Positions 27,603 to 37,058 of a stretch of 64,000 bases of DNA are shown piece by piece. The DNA comes from Nitrososphaerota archaeon. Lineage in GTDB: Archaea; Thermoproteota; Nitrososphaeria; Nitrososphaerales; Gagatemarchaeaceae. Both the position numbers and the translations under genes were made by a program. Positions within the stretch are counted from its first letter, which is position 1. Each line of letters begins with the position of its first letter. Where the stretch lies: NCBI GenBank assembly GCA_027339745.1, contig DAHWNW010000002.1, forward strand, positions 55,725-119,724. Direction: 5' to 3'. A model generated the notes under the pieces. It was not told where the DNA came from. It searched no databases and was given only the letters and a program-made list of their open reading frames with translations.

Positions 27603-28664
27603 TTGGCGAAAATCAAGGTAGCCGTGGCCGGGGTGGGGAACTGCGCCTCGGCGCTGATTCAGGGGCTCCATTATTACTCAAAGAAGGGCCCAGACGAAGG
27701 GCTCACCTACTGGAGCGTCGGAGGATACACCCCCAAGGACATAGAGTTCGTCGCCGCGTTCGACGTCAACGCCAAGAAGGTGGGGAAGGATCTCTCGCAG
27801 GCCATATTCCAACCCCCGAACAACACGGTGAAGATTTCTGACGTCCCTAGTATGGGGGTCAAGGTGAAGAAGGGCCCGGTGCTGGACGGCATCGGGAAGT
27901 ATCTCAAGGATGTGGTGTCGATCTCGCCTCTGGCTCCCCAGGACGTTGTGCAGGAGCTCAAAGACAGCGGCGCGGACATCCTGGTGAACTACCTACCTGT
28001 AGGGAGCACCGCCGCGACTCAAGCTTATGCCGAAGCAGCGCTGAGGGCTGAAGTCGCGTTCGTGAATGCGATCCCAGTGTTCGTGGCTTCCGAGAAACGA
28101 TGGGCGGACAGGTTCGCGGCGGCGGGGCTCCCTGTCGCCGGGGACGACGTGATGAGCCAGGTGGGGGCGACAGTGCTTCATAAGACGTTGGTCAAGATGG
28201 CCGTCGACAGGGGGGTCAAGGTTGACGAGACATACCAGTTGAACATAGGGGGGGACACCGACTTCCTCAACATGCTTGAGGAGAGCAGGCTGAAGGACAA
28301 GAGGGAGAGCAAGACCAGTGCCGTGAGGGCCATGTCACCATACGAAGTGCCGACGCGGATCGGCCCCAGCGACTACGTCCCCTTCCTCGACAACGACAAG
28401 GTGTGCTACATATGGCTGAAGGGGAGGTACTTCGGAGGGAGCGTCGTCAAGGTGGACGTGAAGCTGCATGTGGTCGACGCCTACGACAGCGGGGGCGTGA
28501 TCGTCGACGCTATACGGGGGACCAAGCTCGCGCTGGACCGAGGTGTCTCGGGAGAGCTGGAGAGCCTGTCTGCCTTCTGTTTCAAGCATCCCCCGAAACA
28601 GATGCCATACCCCGCCGCGAAGACGGCGTTCGAAGAGTTCACCTCGGGGAAGAGGGAGCGATAG
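27603..28664 (+). CDS. myo-Inositol-1-phosphate synthase (short prokaryotic type)
   Basis: 'KIKVAVAGVGNCASALIQGLHYY' N-terminus and 'NIGGDTDFLN' region. TTG start. Confidence 0.8.
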   Translation: MAKIKVAVAGVGNCASALIQGLHYYSKKGPDEGLTYWSVGGYTPKDIEFVAAFDVNAKKVGKDLSQAIFQPPNNTVKISDVPSMGVKVKKGPVLDGIGKYLKDVVSISPLAPQDVVQELKDSGADILVNYLPVGSTAATQAYAEAALRAEVAFVNAIPVFVASEKRWADRFAAAGLPVAGDDVMSQVGATVLHKTLVKMAVDRGVKVDETYQLNIGGDTDFLNMLEESRLKDKRESKTSAVRAMSPYEVPTRIGPSDYVPFLDNDKVCYIWLKGRYFGGSVVKVDVKLHVVDAYDSGGVIVDAIRGTKLALDRGVSGELESLSAFCFKHPPKQMPYPAAKTAFEEFTSGKRER

Positions 28665-31365
28665 CGGCCGACCTTCTGATGTAGAAGGCCACGCCCAGCG
28701 CGACAATCAGGACGAACGCCGACGGAATCGCGTACCGGAGCAATATGTTCTCTGCTATCGTGACGGAGACGGAGGTCGGCACGGTCCCGCTGATTGTGAC
28801 ACCCGCGTAGGCGAACGTCAGCTTGGCCCCGCTCATGGAAATAGTCTGGCCTGAGTTGGCCACCACGCTTGCGTTGGCCACGCCGGTCTCGTGCGCCCCC
28901 AGGTTCGAGAAGTACACCATGATCTCTTTCGAATTGGCCTGCAAGCCCTGGAGGTTGGAGAAGGTCAATCCCGGGGGTATCGGGAGCGTGAAGGTCACAT
29001 CTGAGACAGGGACCGCCGACGGGTTGGTCACCTGCAGCGAGAGGGTGAAGGCCTTCCCCTCCTCGGGGGTCGCGGGCGTGGTTGTCATGGCGACAGAGAG
29101 CGGCTGGTATATCTGGACGGTAGGGCTCCCCCCTTTGACTGCGAACGTGGTTCCGCCGAAGTAGAAGGAGGCCGAGACAGGGGCGGCCGAAAGGTTCCCG
29201 TATATCTGCGCGGTCGACACCTTGTAGGAGAACGTGACGTTCCCTCCTTTACCGATTGACCCGACCGTCTGGTGGAGCACGCTAGAATTGACGATGGAGT
29301 CGAAGGCGTCGTTGGTGGTGCTCACCGTAACGTTGTAGATCGGGGTCGGCCCCAGGTTCTCAGCCATGACCGTGACAGACGAAGTCATGCCGCCGAAGAG
29401 CTCCTGAGGCGAGTACCCCTTGGACAGGACAAGGCCGGCGGGGACAGGGACCGGGCCCGAAGAGCCTGACACTGACTCCCCGGCCGCCTCGCCGGTGAAC
29501 GTGAAGGGCTGTATCATGTAATTGGAACCGTCGGTAACGTTGTAGCTCATCGACGTCCTGACGGTGGTTGAGGCGTTGAGGGTCTTGTAGGAGAGGGTGA
29601 CCGTGCCTGACGCGCAGCTGATTCCCAGGCCGCTCACGTGGCCGCAGCCAAGGCCTGCAGGGAGGACACCTGTCGCTACGTAGTCGGTCACGCCGACTGG
29701 CGCTATGTCCGAGGCGGCGAAGTTGAGTGTGACGTTGGTCTCGCTCGTCGAGAGCGCCGCGAAGGAGGAGGTCACTTGGAGAACAGGGAACGAGACTTGC
29801 ATCCCGTTCTGCGAAAAGACGTCGGAGATCGTGTTCGTGGTAGCGTTGAGGGCAGCCCCCTGAGGGTCCTGGTACGTCACGCTGTAGGACCTCGTGACGT
29901 TTATGGCAGTGATGCTCGGCGCTGACTGCGTCACCGTGACGGTCGCGGTCCCTCCGCCGGCAGCCAAGCCAGGCACTGACTTGCCTGCCACGACCACGGA
30001 AGAAGCTGGGAGGGTCCCAACGTTGACCAGCGTTATGTTGAGAGTCTGCGGAGTCCCCACGGCCTTCCCAAGGCTGTCGGCCGGGGATGGGACCATGGTA
30101 GCATACACCACCGCGTCGTCTGCCCCGAGGGACAGCCTGATGGGGTTGATCACAGTGGTCGCGTTGAAGGCCGCGCCCCCGAATTCGTACTGGTAACTCA
30201 CGACGGAAGCGGGGATGGTGATCGAGCCGTTTGTGGTCCCGGTGTACTCTAGCCTGTAGACCGGCGTGAGGGTAGCCGATGGGCCCAGGGAGGCGGACTT
30301 GACAGAATCGTTGCCGCCAAGGAAGGTGAATACGCCTGTGGTCTTCCACCATGAGTCAGAGAACGAGAGGCCGAAGATGGATGTCGTCGGCGAGAGGTTG
30401 GTGAAAGTGAGCGTGACGGCGAGGTCTCCGTTGGTGTGAAGGACCCCGACATCGACGGCCCTCGTGGCGAGGAGCGGGGCAGGCTGCTCTACGATGGTCG
30501 CGTTCGTGCCATAGATGGTCTGGCGCGGAGCGAGCTTCAGGGTGTAGGACCCAGTGAAGGCTGCGCCGTTGTCCTTCACGACGGCGCTGTCGTTGGAGCT
30601 GATCATGCCGCTCAATGCCTCTATGTGGATCTCAGACGAATTGCTCGCGGCGGACGCTGTCAACGAGGTCACCGAGCCACCGAAGAGGCCCACCGCGTTA
30701 AGCTCCCCTGCTGACGTGAGGGCCGATGGGGTGATGGAGCCGACCACCAGGTTGTGAACGAACCCGGACCCCGACGAGCCCTTCACCCCTTCCAGCACGA
30801 CGAACGGGGACTCTGAGCCCGCGAACGCAGGCCCTGACACAGCCCTCGCAAACCCCCCCTCGGCCGTCGGAAGGAAGTTCTTGAGAAGCGTCGCGGGGAC
30901 AAGGCTTGAGAAGGCGACCGGACTAAGGAACGTATAGACCCCGGTGCTGTTTGTTGTGGACATGAAGTCTGTGAGGAGGTACGGGTCGAGGGCTGCCGCC
31001 GCTGCGGAGGCTTGAGAGAAGGAGCTGGCACCCACGGTCAGGAAAATCCCCTGCGGGACCAGTGAGGGGACCGGGAGGAGGTTGTATCCATTCGGACCGA
31101 ATACCTGAAAGTCTGGGTTCCATCCTAGGGTGCTGACCGCTGTGATGTTGTACCAGCTGAGCCCAGGTGTGGACTCCAGCGCTGAGAGGTGGCTGGACCC
31201 GTTCACCCCGTCGAATGTGAAGAACCACAGGGCGTTCGATCCTGCTACATACACGTTCAGCTTCTCAGAGTATGAGGAAGTCTGGGCGTGCGCCATCTGC
31301 ATCGGGACCGCCGAGAAGAGCATGAGGGCAACGACCGCGAACGCTAGCAACCGGTAGTGCTTCAA
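28639..31365 (-). CDS. Large secreted, C-terminally membrane-anchored surface protein
   Basis: Signal peptide 'MKHYRLLAFAVVALMLFSAVPMQMAHAQ', Ser/Thr/Ala/Gly-rich beta-type sequence with many N-x-S/T sequons, and C-terminal TM 'AFVLIVALGVAFYIRRS'. Confidence 0.75.
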   Translation of the reverse strand: MKHYRLLAFAVVALMLFSAVPMQMAHAQTSSYSEKLNVYVAGSNALWFFTFDGVNGSSHLSALESTPGLSWYNITAVSTLGWNPDFQVFGPNGYNLLPVPSLVPQGIFLTVGASSFSQASAAAAALDPYLLTDFMSTTNSTGVYTFLSPVAFSSLVPATLLKNFLPTAEGGFARAVSGPAFAGSESPFVVLEGVKGSSGSGFVHNLVVGSITPSALTSAGELNAVGLFGGSVTSLTASAASNSSEIHIEALSGMISSNDSAVVKDNGAAFTGSYTLKLAPRQTIYGTNATIVEQPAPLLATRAVDVGVLHTNGDLAVTLTFTNLSPTTSIFGLSFSDSWWKTTGVFTFLGGNDSVKSASLGPSATLTPVYRLEYTGTTNGSITIPASVVSYQYEFGGAAFNATTVINPIRLSLGADDAVVYATMVPSPADSLGKAVGTPQTLNITLVNVGTLPASSVVVAGKSVPGLAAGGGTATVTVTQSAPSITAINVTRSYSVTYQDPQGAALNATTNTISDVFSQNGMQVSFPVLQVTSSFAALSTSETNVTLNFAASDIAPVGVTDYVATGVLPAGLGCGHVSGLGISCASGTVTLSYKTLNASTTVRTSMSYNVTDGSNYMIQPFTFTGEAAGESVSGSSGPVPVPAGLVLSKGYSPQELFGGMTSSVTVMAENLGPTPIYNVTVSTTNDAFDSIVNSSVLHQTVGSIGKGGNVTFSYKVSTAQIYGNLSAAPVSASFYFGGTTFAVKGGSPTVQIYQPLSVAMTTTPATPEEGKAFTLSLQVTNPSAVPVSDVTFTLPIPPGLTFSNLQGLQANSKEIMVYFSNLGAHETGVANASVVANSGQTISMSGAKLTFAYAGVTISGTVPTSVSVTIAENILLRYAIPSAFVLIVALGVAFYIRRSAAIAPSSPR

Positions 31366-31418
31366 GCGAGACGTTGGAGGGCGCCCGGTTCACCATATAA
31401 AACCGTTTGAGAGGTCAG

Positions 31419-32420
31419 CTACTTCTTTCGGGTCGGCTCCTCGGAGGGGTCGTCCACGCCCCTGTCGTTGAGGATGAAGACCGTGTCCCTCTCCGGATGG
31501 TAGGGGCTGTCCACCATCCTCGCGATGCGGTTCTTCGCCGCCTTCCTGAGGTAGAGCCTGTAGGTGCTTGTGTGGGCGACAACGTGCCCACCGACGGGCC
31601 TCGTGGGGTCGCCGAAGAACGAGTCAGGGGCAGCCTGCACCTGATTTGTGACTACCACGGCTATGTTATAGATCTCGGCGGTCCTCAGGAGCTGATGCAT
31701 GAACCTGTTGAGCCTCTGCTGCCTCTCGGCGAGGGTCCCCCTCCCCAAGAACTCGGCCCTGTAGTGGGCGACGGCGCTGTCTAGGATGACCAGTTTCACC
31801 TTGTTTGGCTCGATGATGTGCCCCAGGTCCTTCACAATCAACTCCTGGTGGGCGCTGTTGTAAGCCCTGGCTACCGTGATGCGAGAGAGCGCCTTCTCAG
31901 CGTCCATCCCCCTTGCCTCGGCTATCTCCTGTATCCTCTCAGGCCTGAACGTTCCTTCTGTGTCGACGTAGACCGAACTTGCGTCGAGCCCCCCTTCCTC
32001 CCTGGGCTGCTGCGCCATGACGCACAAGGTGTGGCATATCTGCGACTTTCCGCTCCCGAACTCGCCGAAGAACTCGGTCATTGCCCAGGTTTCGATGCCT
32101 CCGCCTAGGAGTTCGTCAAGGTTCTTGGACCCCGTGGATATCCTGTCTATGGCCTTCCTCTTCGCGAGGAGGTCGGCGGCGTTGATGAAGTCCGGCTCTA
32201 GGCGGTTCAGCTCCACCAGCTTCTTCCTGGCCTTGTTGTTCAGCTCGACCGCCTTGGAGACGTCGATGTCGACCGCTTCGGCGATGTCCATGGGCCCGGA
32301 GGTGGCGAGGTCCAGTATCGTTTCGATTCCTGCGTCCTTCAGCTTGGCCTTTGTGGCCGGCCCGACGCCAGGGAGCGTGTCGAGCTCGAGTTCCTCCTCG
32401 ACTTCAGTCGCAGGCAACAT
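31419..32420 (-). CDS. radA: DNA repair and recombination protein RadA
   Basis: N-terminal HhH 'LPGVGPATKAKLKDAGI', Walker A 'GEFGSGKSQ', 'VYVDTEGTFRPERI', Walker B 'LVILDS'. Confidence 0.95.
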   Translation of the reverse strand: MLPATEVEEELELDTLPGVGPATKAKLKDAGIETILDLATSGPMDIAEAVDIDVSKAVELNNKARKKLVELNRLEPDFINAADLLAKRKAIDRISTGSKNLDELLGGGIETWAMTEFFGEFGSGKSQICHTLCVMAQQPREEGGLDASSVYVDTEGTFRPERIQEIAEARGMDAEKALSRITVARAYNSAHQELIVKDLGHIIEPNKVKLVILDSAVAHYRAEFLGRGTLAERQQRLNRFMHQLLRTAEIYNIAVVVTNQVQAAPDSFFGDPTRPVGGHVVAHTSTYRLYLRKAAKNRIARMVDSPYHPERDTVFILNDRGVDDPSEEPTRKK

Positions 32421-32454
32421 GTACCGCGAGCGCCTTCTGGTAGATAAGTATGCC

Positions 32455-33750
32455 TCAGGGAGAGATGCGTGTAAGTGTTCTAGGGAACAAGCTGGCCGAG
32501 CGGATGTGCTTCAACCCCGCGATCCACCTCGTCGTCCTCTCGACGCCTATTCCGAAGCCCGAATGTGGAGGCATGCCGAACTTCCTCAGCTCCAAGTACC
32601 ACGAGAAGGACTCGGTCGGGAGGTCTTGGCTCGAAATCCTCTCCATGAGCTCGTGGTAGTCGTGTATCCTCTGCCCGCCTGTGGCGAGCTCCCCGACCCC
32701 CTCGGGGGCGATGAGGTCCGCTGACTTCGTCACCTTCGGCCTGTCGGGGTAGGTCATGTGGTAGAACGACCTCGCGCTTAGAGGATAGTCGGTGATGAAG
32801 AAGGGAGACTCCTGAGTCAGGCTGACCGCCTTCTCCGCCTCAGTGGGGAGGTCGTCCCCCCACTCGAACCCGAATCCTTTGCTCTCCGCGATAGACCTGG
32901 CCTCGTCATACGACAACCTGGGGAAGGGGACTTCGGGCTGCCGGAGGACCCTGCCGAGCGTCTTCAGGTCCGTCTGCCTGTTCGCCAGCACCCTCTCCAC
33001 CATCTTGGATAGGAGCCCCTCCTGGACCTTCATGTTGTCCGACTGCTCTGCGAACGCCTGCTCGGCCTCTATCATCCAGAATTCGGTCAGGTGTTTCGCC
33101 GTCTTGGACTTCTCCGCCCTGAAAGCCGGTTGGAAGATCCACACTTTCTGCAGCGCGGGGAGGGCCGCCTCTTCATAGAACTGGGCGCTCTGGCTCAGGC
33201 TCGCCTTCTTCCCGAAGTAGTCCACCGAGAAGAGTGTCGCCCCCCCTTCTACGGCGGCCTGGACGAAGGACGGAGCGCTTATCAGCTGGAAACCGTTCTC
33301 CCTGAAGTAGTCGAACGCGGCCCCGATCACCTCGGCCCTGATCCTCATCGTGGCGATGGCCTTTGGCCCTCGGATGCTCAGGTGCCTCTTGTCGAAGAGG
33401 AACGAAGCCGACTTCGCCGCGGTCCGCGTGATTGGCCAGCTGTCCGCCGTCGCGAGGACAGCGAACTCGGCGGCCGAGACCTCCTTCCCTCCCGGCGCAC
33501 GCCGGTCGTCGCGCACCTCTCCCCTGACCACCACCGCCGACTCTTTGGTGGCGCGCTTCGCCGCGTCGTAGGCGGCGTCGGAGGACCCCTTGCGGGCGGA
33601 AACCTGGACGTACCCGGTGCCGTCCCTGACCTGGACGAATGCGAGCCCACCTATGACGTGCTTCCTGGCTACCCAGCCACGTATCTCAACGGCCCTGGGA
33701 GACCGTCCTGCAAGGATTTCAGATGCGCTCGAGCGCGCGAAGGCATCCAC
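32455..33750 (-). CDS. asnS: Asparaginyl-tRNA synthetase (class IIb)
   Basis: OB anticodon-binding N-domain. Motif 2 region 'FQPAFRAEKSKTAKHLTEFWMIEAE' matches the AsnRS-type 'FRAEKSxTxRHLxEFWM' better than AspRS. Motif 3 is 'GFGIGVERT'. Confidence 0.8.
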   Translation of the reverse strand: MDAFARSSASEILAGRSPRAVEIRGWVARKHVIGGLAFVQVRDGTGYVQVSARKGSSDAAYDAAKRATKESAVVVRGEVRDDRRAPGGKEVSAAEFAVLATADSWPITRTAAKSASFLFDKRHLSIRGPKAIATMRIRAEVIGAAFDYFRENGFQLISAPSFVQAAVEGGATLFSVDYFGKKASLSQSAQFYEEAALPALQKVWIFQPAFRAEKSKTAKHLTEFWMIEAEQAFAEQSDNMKVQEGLLSKMVERVLANRQTDLKTLGRVLRQPEVPFPRLSYDEARSIAESKGFGFEWGDDLPTEAEKAVSLTQESPFFITDYPLSARSFYHMTYPDRPKVTKSADLIAPEGVGELATGGQRIHDYHELMERISSQDLPTESFSWYLELRKFGMPPHSGFGIGVERTTRWIAGLKHIRSASLFPRTLTRISP

Positions 33751-33835
33751 GGTGCGGGCTCGGTCTGTTCATGCTAAAAGCGTGATGCGCGGAGACTCAA
33801 CGTTATAGATAACCCCAGCTGACCGAAGGACACCA

Positions 33836-34801
33836 TTGCCTCGCAGGGCGACGATAATCAGATGGGCCGGGAGCGGAAGCGTCGTCGACCTGCTTTCCTC
33901 TGTGGGGCACGTGATGAGGCTGGAGGGGCTCAAAGGCGAGTTAAGGAGGTCTGGTAACTCCCTCGTCCTCGCGGGGCCCGAGCCCGCCCGGACGTGCACA
34001 GTCTTCAGGTACCTCCCAGGGGTCAGCTGGCTCGCTGCGGGGTATGCCGTCGGGGGGGCTTCCGAGCTAGCCGGTGTCGCGGAAGAGCTGGCGAAGAAAT
34101 ATCTGAGACGCGGGGGGAGGTTCAGCGTCGAGGCAGAGTCTGCAGGAGGCCAGGCGGCTTCTGACCTAGCGGGGGCGGTCACTTCTCATATCCTGGACGC
34201 CGTGAAGGGGGTGCGGGTGTCCAACCCACCTGACAGGAGGTTCAGGGTCGCCATGGACGCATCAGGGGGCGCGGCCGGGGTTGAGCTTTCACGCGGCCCC
34301 GGAGGGATCCCGACCGGGCGATACGAGGCATCTTGCCTCGTATCAGGAGGAAAACACAGCTCCGTCTTGGCATGGCAGGCCGTGCTGATGGGATACAGGG
34401 TCCGCCTCGTACACGCCGTGGAAGACGACGACGGGCTCCTCGCCTCTGCCAGGCTTTATTCGGAACTCTCATTCCGCTCGGACCCCCGGGGTCTGAGCCT
34501 GACGGCAATCGAGGGAGGACCGGCGGCCCAGCTCATACGCGAATTCGCGTCCGAGGCTGACGGCCCTGTCTTCTGCGGATGCACGGCCACGAGAACGCGG
34601 GCGGACGCGCCCCTGGAGAACGTCGTAAGCCCCCTATACCTTCTCCCGGAGGAATGGTTCGACGCGGAGTTCAGGGCCCTCGGATTCGCGGGAAAGGAGT
34701 CGGCCCTGGGCTGGGGCAAGGCAGGAGCCGTGAAGTCAAAGTCGAGGTCGTTCGGAGGTAGAAGGGCCGACGTCAGCGAGGTCATCGACGGCCTCTCCTA
34801 G
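33836..34801 (+). CDS. ThiI-like THUMP/PP-loop protein with degenerate PP-loop
   Basis: The N-terminal half resembles THUMP. 'CLVSGGKHSSVLAWQ' sits where SGGxDS is expected (Asp replaced by His). The start may be the internal ATG near 33914. Confidence 0.45.
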   Translation: MPRRATIIRWAGSGSVVDLLSSVGHVMRLEGLKGELRRSGNSLVLAGPEPARTCTVFRYLPGVSWLAAGYAVGGASELAGVAEELAKKYLRRGGRFSVEAESAGGQAASDLAGAVTSHILDAVKGVRVSNPPDRRFRVAMDASGGAAGVELSRGPGGIPTGRYEASCLVSGGKHSSVLAWQAVLMGYRVRLVHAVEDDDGLLASARLYSELSFRSDPRGLSLTAIEGGPAAQLIREFASEADGPVFCGCTATRTRADAPLENVVSPLYLLPEEWFDAEFRALGFAGKESALGWGKAGAVKSKSRSFGGRRADVSEVIDGLS

Positions 34802-35939
34802 CCGCACCTTCAAGCGCGTCAACTATGGATGCCCGTGCGTCGTACCCTCCCGCCACCTCACCCAGATCGGCCGCCCGCGCTCTGAACCCCTCACCAGCGA
34901 GCCTCCCGAGCGACTCCTCGAAGGTGGCGAGGTTAAGGCGGTCCTGTCTCACGACGATGGAGACGCCCAGCCTGGCGGCCTTGTCCGCGTTCCCTTCCTG
35001 CTCAGGCTGCTTCGGAATCGGGACGAGGAGGGACGGCTTCTTCGAGATAATCGCCTGGGCCACGGTCCCGTGTCCCGCCCTCGACACGACGACGTCGCAG
35101 TTCCTGAAGTAGAAGCCTGCGATTTCGCACCATTCGTAGAACCATCCCCCCGGGGTACGGACCGCGCGCGTGCTCCCGGAGGGGTCGCCCCCTGAGACCG
35201 CGAAGACGAACTTAGCGTTCAGCTCCTTGGACAGCTCGAGGGCCTTGCGTAAGAGCGGGGTCCGCGTTCTCGGGGGCCCGGACACCTGCCAGAACACTCT
35301 TGTCCTGCTGTCCTGGGCGAACTCAAGCGCGGGGCCATCTGGAGTCAGGCCCCCCGTAGGAGAGATGAACCCCACATAGCGTGCCTTCGCGACGCTGCTC
35401 CCCCACAAGTTCTTCTCGCTGATGGTATACGGAGGTGGGAGGTCGGGAAGGAACACCCCGTCGCTGAACCTCCAGAGTCTTCCCATTCCAGCGGACGTCC
35501 CGACCGAAAGCAGCCTGGACAGGGCCCCAATCCTCGTGTGGGAGCTCGTCAGGTTGAGCTGGTTCAGGACCGTGAAGGCGGGGAGGCGGAGCGCCTTGCC
35601 GGCGAGGACCGTCGGCAGGGCAGAGTCGCTGAGGACGACATCTGGGGTGAACCTCCCGATGTTCTCGAGCTCGGCCGAAAACTGCCTGTAGGACTTCGCC
35701 ATGATGGAGAAGGAGTCGAGGAGGGTCTCCTTCACGAGGAACTCGCCGTCCTCGGAGTAGCGCACATCGGCCAACGGGAGCCTGTTGCACCTATACCCTC
35801 TGGCCGCGATCAGTGACGCCACCTCCCCCGACGACGAGAACTCGATGGTCGCGCCCCGGGCTGAGAGCTCCCCGGCCACCTCGAGCATCCTGCTGGCGTG
35901 GCCTAGACCTGAGCCGAAGCAGCCTATGTAGACCTTCAT
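34782..35939 (-). CDS. GT-B fold glycosyltransferase (GT1/GT28, MurG/UGT-like)
   Basis: 'MKVYIGCFGSGLGHASRMLEVAGEL' N-terminus and C-terminal 'VVSRAGHGTVAQAI' nucleotide-sugar binding pattern. Confidence 0.7.
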   Translation of the reverse strand: MKVYIGCFGSGLGHASRMLEVAGELSARGATIEFSSSGEVASLIAARGYRCNRLPLADVRYSEDGEFLVKETLLDSFSIMAKSYRQFSAELENIGRFTPDVVLSDSALPTVLAGKALRLPAFTVLNQLNLTSSHTRIGALSRLLSVGTSAGMGRLWRFSDGVFLPDLPPPYTISEKNLWGSSVAKARYVGFISPTGGLTPDGPALEFAQDSRTRVFWQVSGPPRTRTPLLRKALELSKELNAKFVFAVSGGDPSGSTRAVRTPGGWFYEWCEIAGFYFRNCDVVVSRAGHGTVAQAIISKKPSLLVPIPKQPEQEGNADKAARLGVSIVVRQDRLNLATFEESLGRLAGEGFRARAADLGEVAGGYDARASIVDALEGAARRGRR

Positions 35940-36556
35940 CCCTGGGTCGCTGATTCCAACTTTACGACCTCCCCGCCCGGCGATGTCTCTTCGAATACCT
36001 CAGCCTGGAAGACCCTGACCTTGGTCCCTTCGTCTAGCCAGGCGTCCATGGAGAGTCCTGCCTTTGCGCACGCCTCGGAGAGGAAAGTCTCTGCGTCCCA
36101 GCCCTGCTCGGTGGCGACCTGTGGCAGCAGGAGCCCGCTGGCGTAGCCGTTGGAGACCACCAGGCCGTCTTCGCCCACCCTGACCCTTGAGGGGAGGTCC
36201 GCGCGGACTGGGGTCGACACTTCGCTGGGGACGGTCAGCACGCTGACTTCCACCACGATGCGATCCACCTCCTCAGCCGCGACAGGAAACGGGAAGCGCG
36301 GGTCTTCTGAGGCGTAGACGGCCACTTCCCTGATGGCCTGACCCAACGGCTTGACCGGCTCAGGGTATCCTATGCACCCTCGGAGTGCCTTCGCCCCCCC
36401 GTGCACGGCGCTGAGGGTGACGAACACCCCGCGCTTTTCGCGGAAGACCCCCGTGTCTGGGAACCCTCGGGGGGCGGGGGCCCGCCTGACGTGCGCGACC
36501 AGTGTGTCCCTTGCCAGCGCGACCGCCCTTCTCCCTTCTTCCAGCGTAAGGGGCAT
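35936..36556 (-). CDS. AMMECR1 domain protein
   Basis: 'GVFVTL...LRGCIGYPEP' signature. Confidence 0.85.
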   Translation of the reverse strand: MPLTLEEGRRAVALARDTLVAHVRRAPAPRGFPDTGVFREKRGVFVTLSAVHGGAKALRGCIGYPEPVKPLGQAIREVAVYASEDPRFPFPVAAEEVDRIVVEVSVLTVPSEVSTPVRADLPSRVRVGEDGLVVSNGYASGLLLPQVATEQGWDAETFLSEACAKAGLSMDAWLDEGTKVRVFQAEVFEETSPGGEVVKLESATQG

Positions 36557-37046
36557 GGTGTTCCTGGTCGAGGCGGCCCGCGAGCGACCTTAACTTTTTC
36601 CAGTGGCTCCCCTTCCAGTAGTACTTGCCGCAGGCGGAGCACCTGAAGAACATCCTGTGGCTCTCCTGCACGCCTGGAGGTACCCGCCCCGACACCTCCC
36701 CCTTATTCACCGCCGCCAGCTCGCCCCCGCACAGGGAGCAGAGGGGTTCGCCCCTCGCCAGCGATATCCGCAGCAGCCGCGCCGCGGCCGACACCTCTGA
36801 CAGCCTAACGATGTCGCTCTTTCCTGCGATGAGCATAGACGTGGCGCCCTTCTTCCGTGCCAGAGCCGCCAGCCTGCGGTCGGAGGTCAAGATCACCCTC
36901 CCCTCCCTTGCCGCGAGCCTCACCAGCTGGTCGTCCCCTCCGTTCCTGAAGTACGACGTGTCAAAGCCGAGCGCCCTGAGCTTCCTTGCCAGGGACCCGA
37001 GCATGGCGTCGGCGATGAAGGCTGTCCTCGCGCGGCTCGGTGCCAT
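36360..37046 (-). CDS. Mut7-C/DUF82 PIN-like RNase domain protein with Zn ribbon
   Basis: 'FIADAMLGSLARKLRALGFDT', 'CSLCGG...FFRCSACGKYYWKGSHW'. The last about 65 codons are Arg/Gly-rich and overlap the AMMECR1 gene. Confidence 0.7.
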   Translation of the reverse strand: MAPSRARTAFIADAMLGSLARKLRALGFDTSYFRNGGDDQLVRLAAREGRVILTSDRRLAALARKKGATSMLIAGKSDIVRLSEVSAAARLLRISLARGEPLCSLCGGELAAVNKGEVSGRVPPGVQESHRMFFRCSACGKYYWKGSHWKKLRSLAGRLDQEHHAPYAGRREKGGRAGKGHTGRARQAGPRPPRVPRHGGLPRKARGVRHPQRRARGGEGTPRVHRIP

Positions 37047-37058
37047 GGCCGGGCGCGC

